This document shows, piece after piece, positions 48,453 to 56,266 of a DNA stretch of 64,000 bases (the first letter of the stretch is position 1; each line of letters opens with the position of its first letter). The notes under the pieces were generated by a model. The model saw only the letters and a program-made list of their open reading frames with translations, was not told the origin of the DNA and did no database searches. The position numbers and the translations under genes are program-made. This stretch comes from Terriglobia bacterium (GTDB lineage: Bacteria > Acidobacteriota > Terriglobia > Acidiferrales > UBA7541). The stretch lies in contig JBGQNE010000016.1 of assembly GCA_041500985.1 (NCBI GenBank), forward strand, positions 3,372 to 67,371. Reading direction: 5' to 3'.

Positions 48453-50675
48453 ATGCGGCGAATTTTACTGTTGGGCGGCGTTCTATTCTTTTTTGCATGG
48501 CCAGCGCACGCGACGGTGTTCGGCACGGTGCGCGGAATCGTTCATGATCCGCAGCATCGTCCGGTGGCGGAGATGACCGTGGTGCTGAAGGCGAAAAATT
48601 CCAGCTACATGCAGACGGCCGAGACGGACGCGAATGGGGAGTTTCATTTCGACGCCGTGCCGCTGGGGGAATACACGGTGAGCGCCAGCAAGGAAGGACT
48701 GGCCGCGGTCGAGCAGACGGTGACGGTGCTTTCCGGGACGGCGCCGATTCTGCACTTCGAGCTGCAACTGGCGGCGCAGGTCCAGTCGGTGACGGTGACG
48801 GCGGAAGGAGCGCCGGCGCAGACGGAATCGGTGACGCCGACGAACCTGGTGGACCGCGAGGAGATCCGGGAAACGCCGGGAGCCACGCGCAGCAACAGCC
48901 TGGCGCTGATTACCAACAATGTGCCGGGAGCGTATCTGACGCACGATCAACTGCACGTGCGCGGCGGGCATCAGGTGAGCTGGCTGATTGACGGGGTGCC
49001 CATTCCCAACACGAATATCGCCAGCAATCTGGGCCCGCAAATCGATCCCAAGGACATTGATACGGTGGAAATGCAGCGCGGGAGCTATGCGGCGGATTTC
49101 GGCGACCGGACCTACGGGGTATTCAACGTGGCCCCGCGCACGGGATTCGAACGGAACAACGAAGCGGAGATCGTGGCCAGTTTCGGAAATTTCCTGCAAA
49201 CGGACGATCAGGTGAATTTCGGCGGGCATGGCAACCGCTTCGCGTATTACGCGAGCGTCAGCGGCAGCCGCAGCGATCTGGGGCTGGAAACGCCGACCGC
49301 TGCGGTGCTGCACGACCGGACCAGCGGCGCGGGAGGATTCGCGTCGCTGATCTACAACGCGGACGCGCGCAATCAACTGCGGCTGGTGGCGCAACTGCGG
49401 CGCGATTTCTATCAGGTGCCGTTCGATCCCAATAATCCCGGCAACAGCGCGGGGCAAGTGCAGCGAGACGCCAACCGCGAGAGCGACGCATATGCCGCGT
49501 TTTCGTGGGTGCATACGTTCAACCCCGGGCTGATGCTAACGGTTTCGCCGTTTGATCACTTCAACCGGGCAGCCTATGAAAGCAGTCCCGGCGATATTCC
49601 GATTGCGGCGACGGACGATCGCCGTTCAAAATACGAAGGCGGGCAGGCGACGATGGCCTACGTGCAGGGCCGCCACAATGCGCGCGCGGGATTCTATGGA
49701 TTCGCACAGCAGGACGATCAGCTCTTCGACCTCGCGGCCAGCCAGCAGAGTTTTTCGGGCTTTCCCGACCGCGAGGCGATTTCCGGAAGCCTGCTGGCGC
49801 TGTTTGCGGAAGAGGAGTTCCGCGCGGCGTCGTGGCTGACGCTGAGCGGCGGCGTGCGCCAGACGCATTTTTCCGGCGGCGTGGCGGAGAACGCGACAAG
49901 CCCGCGACTGGGCGCGGCGGTGCGCATTCCCAAACTGAAATGGGTTCTGCGCGGTTTTTATGGGCGCTTCTACCAGGCGCCGCCGCTGCTGACGGCTTCG
50001 GGGCCGCTTTTGCAATTCGTGACCAGCCAGAACCTGGCGTTTATTCCGCTGCACGGAGAGCGCGACGAGGAGCACCAGTTCGGCGTCACGATCCCGCTGC
50101 GGGGCTGGACGGTGGACGCGGACACTTTCCGCACGCGGGCCACGAATTTCTTCGACCACAACTGCCTGCAAGACTCCGGCGTGTGTTTCCCGATCACCAT
50201 CCAGGGAGCGCTGGTGCGCGGATGGGAATTGACGCTGCGCTCGCCGCGCCTGCGCCGGCGGGGGCAGATTTATCTGACGTATTCCAATCAGGTGGCCACG
50301 GGGAGCGGAGGAATCAGCGGCGGGCTGACGGACTTTTCGCCGCCGGGCGGAGTTTTTCTGCTGGACCATGACCAGCGCAACACGCTGCACGCCGGAGGCC
50401 GCGTGGACCTGCCAAGGCGGAGCTACGCGTCGCTGGATGTGTATTACGGATCGGGCTTCGCCAACGGGGATCCTCCGCCGGAGCATCTCGCGGGGCACAC
50501 GACGTTCGATGTTTCGCTGGGAAAAGAGTTCGGCGAGCATTTTGCGGTCTCCGTGAGCGCGCTGAACGCGGCCAACCGGCGGGTGCTGCTGGATAACAGC
50601 CAGACGTTCGGGGGAACGCATACTCTGAATCCGCGGGAAATTTTTGCGCAAGTGCGCTATCGTTTTCACTATTGA
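48453..50675 (+). CDS. TonB-dependent receptor with N-terminal carboxypeptidase-regulatory-like domain
   Basis: Signal peptide; GTVRGIVHDP; plug HVRGG..LIDGVP; SPRLG; C-terminal REIFAQVRYRFHY. Confidence 0.93.
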   Translation: MRRILLLGGVLFFFAWPAHATVFGTVRGIVHDPQHRPVAEMTVVLKAKNSSYMQTAETDANGEFHFDAVPLGEYTVSASKEGLAAVEQTVTVLSGTAPILHFELQLAAQVQSVTVTAEGAPAQTESVTPTNLVDREEIRETPGATRSNSLALITNNVPGAYLTHDQLHVRGGHQVSWLIDGVPIPNTNIASNLGPQIDPKDIDTVEMQRGSYAADFGDRTYGVFNVAPRTGFERNNEAEIVASFGNFLQTDDQVNFGGHGNRFAYYASVSGSRSDLGLETPTAAVLHDRTSGAGGFASLIYNADARNQLRLVAQLRRDFYQVPFDPNNPGNSAGQVQRDANRESDAYAAFSWVHTFNPGLMLTVSPFDHFNRAAYESSPGDIPIAATDDRRSKYEGGQATMAYVQGRHNARAGFYGFAQQDDQLFDLAASQQSFSGFPDREAISGSLLALFAEEEFRAASWLTLSGGVRQTHFSGGVAENATSPRLGAAVRIPKLKWVLRGFYGRFYQAPPLLTASGPLLQFVTSQNLAFIPLHGERDEEHQFGVTIPLRGWTVDADTFRTRATNFFDHNCLQDSGVCFPITIQGALVRGWELTLRSPRLRRRGQIYLTYSNQVATGSGGISGGLTDFSPPGGVFLLDHDQRNTLHAGGRVDLPRRSYASLDVYYGSGFANGDPPPEHLAGHTTFDVSLGKEFGEHFAVSVSALNAANRRVLLDNSQTFGGTHTLNPREIFAQVRYRFHY

Positions 50676-50701
50676 AACCAGGGACAAAGGAGAAGGCGAA
50701 G

Positions 50702-51094
50702 ATGAGACATGCGCGTGCATCACTGCTGGCAATAATGGGAGCGCTCTTTTTTCTGTGCGCCTGCTCGGCGCCGCCGGCGAAGCATTACGCGATTCAGGGA
50801 GAAGTCGTCTCGGTGGATGCGCCAGCGAAAATGATTATGTTGAATGGCGATGAAATTCCGGGGCTGATGCCGGCGATGACCATGAGCTATGCGGTGGCCG
50901 ACGCGCAGGAGATCGAGAAGCTGGGAGCGGGCGACAAGATCAGCGCGGACCTGGTGGTGGCCGAGGGCAAGAGCCGCCTGGAGAAAATCCTCCTGGTGAA
51001 GAAGGCCGCGAAGAATCCGCCCGCGTCTTCCCCCGCGCCCGGAGCGGCGCCGAAGAACGGCGCCGCGGATGAGCACAAGCATCCGGGGAAGTGA
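50702..51094 (+). CDS. CusF-like copper-binding lipoprotein
   Basis: LCAC lipobox; EIPGLMPAMTMSY and GDKISADL. Confidence 0.8.
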   Translation: MRHARASLLAIMGALFFLCACSAPPAKHYAIQGEVVSVDAPAKMIMLNGDEIPGLMPAMTMSYAVADAQEIEKLGAGDKISADLVVAEGKSRLEKILLVKKAAKNPPASSPAPGAAPKNGAADEHKHPGK

Positions 51095-51102
51095 TGGTTG
51101 CG

Positions 51103-51124
51103 CGCCCCGGAGGGCGGGGCTACA
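51103..51124 (-). repeat. GTAG-type REP-like hairpin
   Basis: TGTAGCCCCGCCCTCCGGGGCG on the minus strand. Confidence 0.45.
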
Positions 51125-51176
51125 CTTTCCTCGCGCAAGAACTTTTAGCGGGCGCGGAATTCGCCAAGAAGGATGA

Positions 51177-51560
51177 ATGGGAGCCGATGTGCGCATCGCA
51201 CTGATCGCATTGTTTGGAGCGCTGGGAACCGTGACGAGATACGGCTTGCAGGGGCTCGTGCAGCATCGCAGCGGGGGAACGTTTCCCTACGGAACGCTGG
51301 CGGTGAACCTGAGCGGCTGTTTTTTTCTGGGGCTGCTGGGGCAACTGACGCTGAACCGGATCATCATCGCGCCGGAATGGCGCGCGGCAATGGCCATCGG
51401 ATTTTTCGGCGGGTACACCACGTTTTCCAGCTTCGGATGGGAAACGGCTAAGATGATGGAAGACGGGGAATGGCTGCGCGCGGCGGCTTACGTGGGGGCC
51501 AGCGTGGTGGCCGGGCTGTTTCTATCGGTGGCGGGGATTCGGCTGGCGAATCGCTTTTAG
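51177..51560 (+). CDS. crcB: Fluoride channel CrcB/Fluc
   Basis: GALG...RY, FPYGTLAVN..G.F, GFFGGYTTFSSF. Confidence 0.96.
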   Translation: MGADVRIALIALFGALGTVTRYGLQGLVQHRSGGTFPYGTLAVNLSGCFFLGLLGQLTLNRIIIAPEWRAAMAIGFFGGYTTFSSFGWETAKMMEDGEWLRAAAYVGASVVAGLFLSVAGIRLANRF

Positions 51561-51568
51561 GAGCGGCC

Positions 51569-51919
51569 ATGACACACGAAAAATTCGAGGGCGAGCGGAC
51601 GCTGATGCGCGTACACATCGGGGAGTCCGACAAGTGGCACGGGCGGCCGCTGCACGAAGCCATCGTGGAGCTGCTGCGCAAGGAGGGATTTTCGGGAGCC
51701 ACGGTGCTGCGCGGGGTGGCGGGCTACGGCGGCTCCAGCGTCTATCACACGGATAAACTGCTGCGGCTTTCGCAGGACCTGCCCATCATCGTCGAGGCGG
51801 TCGAGACGCAGGAGCGCATCGAGGGAATCCTGCCGCGGCTGGACGAAATGGTCGAGGGCGGACTGATCACGCTGGAGAAGGTGCGCGTGATTCTCTATCG
51901 AGCGGCGAAGAAGAAGTAG
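51569..51919 (+). CDS. DUF190 (PII-like) protein
   Basis: IGESDKWHG, GATVLRGVAGYG, LSQDLP; typical crcB neighbour. Confidence 0.93.
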   Translation: MTHEKFEGERTLMRVHIGESDKWHGRPLHEAIVELLRKEGFSGATVLRGVAGYGGSSVYHTDKLLRLSQDLPIIVEAVETQERIEGILPRLDEMVEGGLITLEKVRVILYRAAKKK

Positions 51920-51998
51920 CGCATGCCCCATTTTTTCTCTGCTTTTGCACTTTCCACTTTGAACTTTCCCCACTAAACTCATTTCTCACACCACACCC

Positions 51999-53219
51999 AT
52001 GGACTCCTCCACGACACCCAATCCCCCGCCCAAACACTGGCTCAACCGCACGGTGCTCGGCATTGGCCTGACCAGCCTGTTCAGCGACTGGAGCCACGAG
52101 ATCGCCACGGCGGTGCTCCCGGCGTTTCTGGCCACGGTGGGAGCGGGCCCGGCATGGCTGGGAGTGATCGAAGGAGTGGCCGACGGCCTTTCCAGCATCA
52201 CCAAGCTCGCCGCCGGGCATTTTACGGACAAACTGAAACATCGCAAGCCGCTGGCCGTGGCGGGCTACGCGATCACCGGGCTGGCCACCGCGACCTTCGC
52301 CTTCGCCACGCATGCCCTGCACATTCTTTTTGGCCGCTCGGCGGCGTGGTTCGGCCGGGGCATTCGCACGCCCGCGCGCAAAACGCTGCTGGCTGCGGAC
52401 GTGCCGCCGGAAGCTTACGGGCGGGCGTTCGGCTTCGAGCGACTATTGGACACGACCGGGGCGATCATCGGGCCGCTGACGGCGCTGTGGCTGCTCGAGC
52501 GGACCGGGCACGCCTACCGCACGGTGTTTCTGTGGACGCTGGTGCCGGGCATGGCCGCGGTGGCGGCGTTCTGGCTGCTGGTGCGGGAGCGCCCGGCGGC
52601 GGCGCGTTCGCAGAAATCGTTCTGGCACGGAGTGCGCGCGCTGCCAGTTCCCTTCCGGCAGTTCCTGGTGGGAGTGGGCGTATTCGGGGCGGGCGATTTT
52701 TCGCATACGTTGCTGATTCTCTACGCGGCGCGGCAGCTTGCGGCGGGGCACGGAGCGGCGCGGGCGGCCAGCCTGGCGGTGGTGCTCTATACGCTGCACA
52801 ACGTGTTCTATGCGGGATCGGCGTACGCCAGCGGGTGGCTGAGCGATCATGTGCGCCAGCGCAAGCACGTCCTGGCGGCGGGCTACGCGCTGGCGGGCGT
52901 CACGGCAATTCTCCTGGCGGCGGGCATGAGCAGTTTCTGGATGCTGGCGGGGCTGTTTGCGCTGGCGGGAATCTATGTGGGCACCGAAGAAGCGCTGGAA
53001 GATTCCCTGGCGGCGGAACTCGTTCCGCGCGAGCAGCACGGCATGGCCTTTGGGACGCTGGCGGCGGTGAACGCGGCGGGGGATTTTTTCTCGAGCTTGA
53101 TGGTGGGATTTCTCTGGAGCGCCTTTGGCGGGCGCATGGCCTTCGGGGCCACGGCCGTGCTGTTCTTCGCGGGGGCCGTGGTGATCCTGCGGCTGCGAGA
53201 GACCGCGGAACCCGCGTGA
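51999..53219 (+). CDS. MFS transporter
   Basis: Multiple TMs; SLFSDWSHE, GRGIRTPAR, GRAFGFER. Confidence 0.92.
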   Translation: MDSSTTPNPPPKHWLNRTVLGIGLTSLFSDWSHEIATAVLPAFLATVGAGPAWLGVIEGVADGLSSITKLAAGHFTDKLKHRKPLAVAGYAITGLATATFAFATHALHILFGRSAAWFGRGIRTPARKTLLAADVPPEAYGRAFGFERLLDTTGAIIGPLTALWLLERTGHAYRTVFLWTLVPGMAAVAAFWLLVRERPAAARSQKSFWHGVRALPVPFRQFLVGVGVFGAGDFSHTLLILYAARQLAAGHGAARAASLAVVLYTLHNVFYAGSAYASGWLSDHVRQRKHVLAAGYALAGVTAILLAAGMSSFWMLAGLFALAGIYVGTEEALEDSLAAELVPREQHGMAFGTLAAVNAAGDFFSSLMVGFLWSAFGGRMAFGATAVLFFAGAVVILRLRETAEPA

Positions 53220-53343
53220 TTCCTATGAGTTAGTGCAGGGGAAGCACGGAGAAATCAAATACAGGCGGAGATGATGTAGATTTGGACGTGCGAGGATTTT
53301 TTTCGCGCGGAAGATCGCGCTTGCTGAACAGCGGAACGGGGCG

Positions 53344-54999
53344 ATGGAAGAGCTGAAAAAAGTGGGCCGGTACGAAGTGCTGGGCGAGCTGGGGCGGGGC
53401 GCCATGGGCGTGGTGTACAAGGCCAGGGACCCGGTGATCGGGCGCACCGTGGCGGTGAAGACGATCAAGCTGAGCGCGGAAGGCAGCGGATTATCATCAG
53501 CCGATCTCCTGCAGCGATTCCAGACGGAGGCGCAGGCGGCGGGCCTGCTGACCCACCCCAACATCGTGGTGATCCACGACGCCGGGGAGGAACACGGGCT
53601 GTATTACATCACCATGGAGATGGTCGAGGGGCGCAGCCTGCTGGCGCTGATCGAGGACCACCAGACGTTTCCGCTGGCGCGCACGCTGCGGATCATGGAG
53701 CAGGCCTGCGCGGCGCTGCATTTCGCGCACGAACGCAACGTGGTGCACCGGGACATCAAGCCGGCCAACCTGATGATCACCGGCGACGACACGGTGAAAA
53801 TCACGGATTTCGGCACGGCCAAGATTCTGCAGTACGGCGCCGCGCAGCAGACCAAGCACGTGATGGGCACGCCCAGCTACATGTCGCCCGAGCAGATCAA
53901 GGGGCGGGTGATGGACGGGCGCGCGGATATTTTCTCGCTGGGTGTGATGCTCTACGAGCTGGTCACCGGGCAAAGGCCGTTCAGCGGGCAGGACATCGCC
54001 ACGGTGCTCTACAAGATCGGCAACGAAGAACCCGCGCCGCCGCAGGAAATCACGCCGGGAATCCATCCGGGCATCAGCAAAGTAATCCTGAAAGCGCTGG
54101 CCAAGGACCCCGGCAAGCGCTACCAGACCTGCCGGGAGATGAGCGAGGAGTTGAAAAACTACCGCACGGCGGGGCCGAGCGCGATCGCCACGGTGGCGCC
54201 ACACCCGCCACCGCCGCCTCCACCACAGCGGCGGAGAACGGAGACCGTGTCCACCGTGCCCGCTGGGGCGCCCGTGCCGTCGAAGATTACCCTGAAGGCG
54301 GAGATGCCCAGAATTCCGGGCCTGGAGCCGAAGGCCAAACCGGCGACTGCCGAAACCGGCACAGAACAGACGGGTGCTGGCGAGCAGCGAGGAAAGAACC
54401 GGACGCTGGGGATGTGGGCCGCGGGACTGGTTTTGGCCGCTGTTTTGATATTTTTTGGAGTGCGCGCGATGCAGACGTCCGGGCAGCAGGAGCCCGCGCC
54501 GGTGGAACCCGCCGGGCAGGGTGAAGCGCCCGCGCCGCAGCCCAGAAGGGCCCCAGTGCCTCCGGTGGCCACGGCGGAGCATCCCGAAATAGCCACGGTG
54601 GCGGAGATGGCCGCGCCGTGGTCGTCGAAGGAATTCTTCCTGCAGACCCCGGCGGCCCCTTCGGGCGTGCCCGCGCTGCTGGTGCGCTTGCCGGGGAGAG
54701 CGGCGGAGAAGAGCGGTTCGTATTGGGCTTTTTCCACCGAGGTAATTTACGACCGCCGCTGCCGCTACGAATACATCACCGTCCTGGCAAAGCTCTCCTC
54801 CGACTACGGATTCGCGGCGGAGCATCCCATGGTGGGCAACCCCTGCACGCACACCGTGTTTGATCCGGAGCGGATGAAGCAAATCGAGGGAAACATACTG
54901 GTGCGCGGAGAGATCGTGAAAGGGACGGACATTCGCCCGCCCCTCGGCATCGATATACGCGTGAAAGGAAAACAGATCCAGGCCCTGCGGATCGAGTAA
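53344..54999 (+). CDS. Membrane Ser/Thr kinase with a C-terminal Rieske-like domain
   Basis: GRGAMGVVY, VAVK, HRDIKPAN, DFG, YMSPE; Pro-rich linker; one TM. Confidence 0.93.
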   Translation: MEELKKVGRYEVLGELGRGAMGVVYKARDPVIGRTVAVKTIKLSAEGSGLSSADLLQRFQTEAQAAGLLTHPNIVVIHDAGEEHGLYYITMEMVEGRSLLALIEDHQTFPLARTLRIMEQACAALHFAHERNVVHRDIKPANLMITGDDTVKITDFGTAKILQYGAAQQTKHVMGTPSYMSPEQIKGRVMDGRADIFSLGVMLYELVTGQRPFSGQDIATVLYKIGNEEPAPPQEITPGIHPGISKVILKALAKDPGKRYQTCREMSEELKNYRTAGPSAIATVAPHPPPPPPPQRRRTETVSTVPAGAPVPSKITLKAEMPRIPGLEPKAKPATAETGTEQTGAGEQRGKNRTLGMWAAGLVLAAVLIFFGVRAMQTSGQQEPAPVEPAGQGEAPAPQPRRAPVPPVATAEHPEIATVAEMAAPWSSKEFFLQTPAAPSGVPALLVRLPGRAAEKSGSYWAFSTEVIYDRRCRYEYITVLAKLSSDYGFAAEHPMVGNPCTHTVFDPERMKQIEGNILVRGEIVKGTDIRPPLGIDIRVKGKQIQALRIE

Positions 55000-55010
55000 G
55001 CCCCGCGCGT

Positions 55011-55155
55011 TAGCAGTCTGCGGAAAAACTCACTTCATGGGTCATTCCGAGGAGCGAAGCGACGAGGAATCTCTCTTTTGCCGGCCTTTTTCAAAGAGAG
55101 ATTCCTCGCTGCACTCGAAATGACCGAGCCAGGGACTTTCTTCCGCAACCTGTTA
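55011..55155. mobile_element. MITE-like element enclosing a palindromic repeat
   Basis: Imperfect terminal IRs TAGCAGTCTGCGGAAAAA and TTCTTCCGCAACCTGTTA; internal GTCATTCCGAG...GAGGAATCTC / GAGATTCCTCG...CTCGAAATGAC at 55041-55124. Confidence 0.55.
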
Positions 55156-56151
55156 GGGCTTTTTCGGGGGGGCCGGAGTTGGCGCCGTTACTGGTGCTGG
55201 CGCTGGTGCTGGTGCTGGCGCTGGTGCCGCTGTTGGCGCCGGCGCCTGTTTTGCTGCCGGGGATGACGCGGCAGCAGGAGCCGGAGTTGGAGTTGGAGTA
55301 GCAGCTGGAGTTGCCGCCGGGGTGGGAGCCTTTTCCTTGATGGAGATCAGTTCCACCTCGAAAATGGTGGTGGCATTCGGACCGATCTCCGGCCCGTTGC
55401 CGCGCGGACCAAAGCCGAGGTCGGAGGGAATGAAGATCTGCCACTTCGAGCCCACCGGCATGAGCTGAAGCGCCTCGGTCCAGCCCTTGATCATTGATCC
55501 GCCGACGGGCAGAGTGGCGGGCTGGCCGCGCTTGTAGGAGCTGTCAAATTCCTTGCCATCGAGGGTCGTGCCGCGGTAGTTGCAGACCACGGAATCGGTG
55601 GCGGTGGGTTTCGGCCCCGTTCCTTCCTTCAAAATCTTATATTGCAGACCGATGGGAAGAGTGACCACGCCTTCCTTGGTTTTGTTGGCGGCCAGGAATG
55701 CTTCGCCCTCTTTCTTGTTGGCTTCGCCCAGCTTCTGCAGCTTGGCTTCCATCTTCGAGCGCTCCTCGATCTGGAAGGCCATGATCGCTTCCTTCGCTTC
55801 CGCCTCCGTCAGCAGGAGCTTTCCGCCGGTCAGAGCGTCCTTCAAGCCCCGCGCAAAAAGAGCGCGGTCGAGGTCCACTTGTTCCTCGGTCATGCTCTTC
55901 CCCATGTTTTGCCCCATATTCATCCCCAGGGCGTAGCTGATCTTTTCTTTCTGGGTCTTGAGCGCCGACGCGGCGGAACTGCCCGTTTTGGCGGCCGGCG
56001 CGGTCTTGGCCACGGGAGCCTTCTGCGGCGCCTTGGCGGCCGGTGCGGCAGGTTTGGGTTTGGGCGCCGGAGCCTGCTGGGCGACGGCTGTTCCAGCCAG
56101 CAGGATGCCGGCCGACAAGAGAGTTAGCGTGGAGAAGGATAGTTTTCGCAT
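55153..56151 (-). CDS. FKBP-type peptidyl-prolyl isomerase (FkpA/Mip-like)
   Basis: Signal peptide; SYALGM, GLQYKIL, YRGT..DGKEFDSS, IKGWTEAL, FEVEL; Ala/Pro tail. Confidence 0.95.
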   Translation of the reverse strand: MRKLSFSTLTLLSAGILLAGTAVAQQAPAPKPKPAAPAAKAPQKAPVAKTAPAAKTGSSAASALKTQKEKISYALGMNMGQNMGKSMTEEQVDLDRALFARGLKDALTGGKLLLTEAEAKEAIMAFQIEERSKMEAKLQKLGEANKKEGEAFLAANKTKEGVVTLPIGLQYKILKEGTGPKPTATDSVVCNYRGTTLDGKEFDSSYKRGQPATLPVGGSMIKGWTEALQLMPVGSKWQIFIPSDLGFGPRGNGPEIGPNATTIFEVELISIKEKAPTPAATPAATPTPTPAPAAASSPAAKQAPAPTAAPAPAPAPAPAPVTAPTPAPPKKP

Positions 56152-56202
56152 GGGGGTAATCTTACATGAGGGCGGCGGTTCCGCAAAATGCGCGGAAAGG
56201 TC

Positions 56203-56250
56203 TTGCACCGGGGAATGCGCCGTGGTAGCTTAGGCGAACAAAAGGCGAAT
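56203..56250 (+). promoter_or_regulatory. Sigma70 promoter with a LexA-like direct-repeat operator
   Basis: TTGCAC-17 nt-TAGCTT, then AGGCGAA-caaa-AGGCGAA containing GAAC-N7-GAAT. Confidence 0.65.
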
Positions 56251-56266
56251 TAAGGAGCGCCCTTCC

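Noticed and set aside
51090-51176. Fluoride riboswitch upstream of crcB
   Set aside because: GTGATGG is present but the pseudoknot partner and conserved downstream elements are not; the hairpin fits a REP better
55170-55330. Short tandem repeats (CTGGTG/CTGGCG, GGAGTT)
   Set aside because: They encode the Ala/Pro/Thr low-complexity tail of the FKBP
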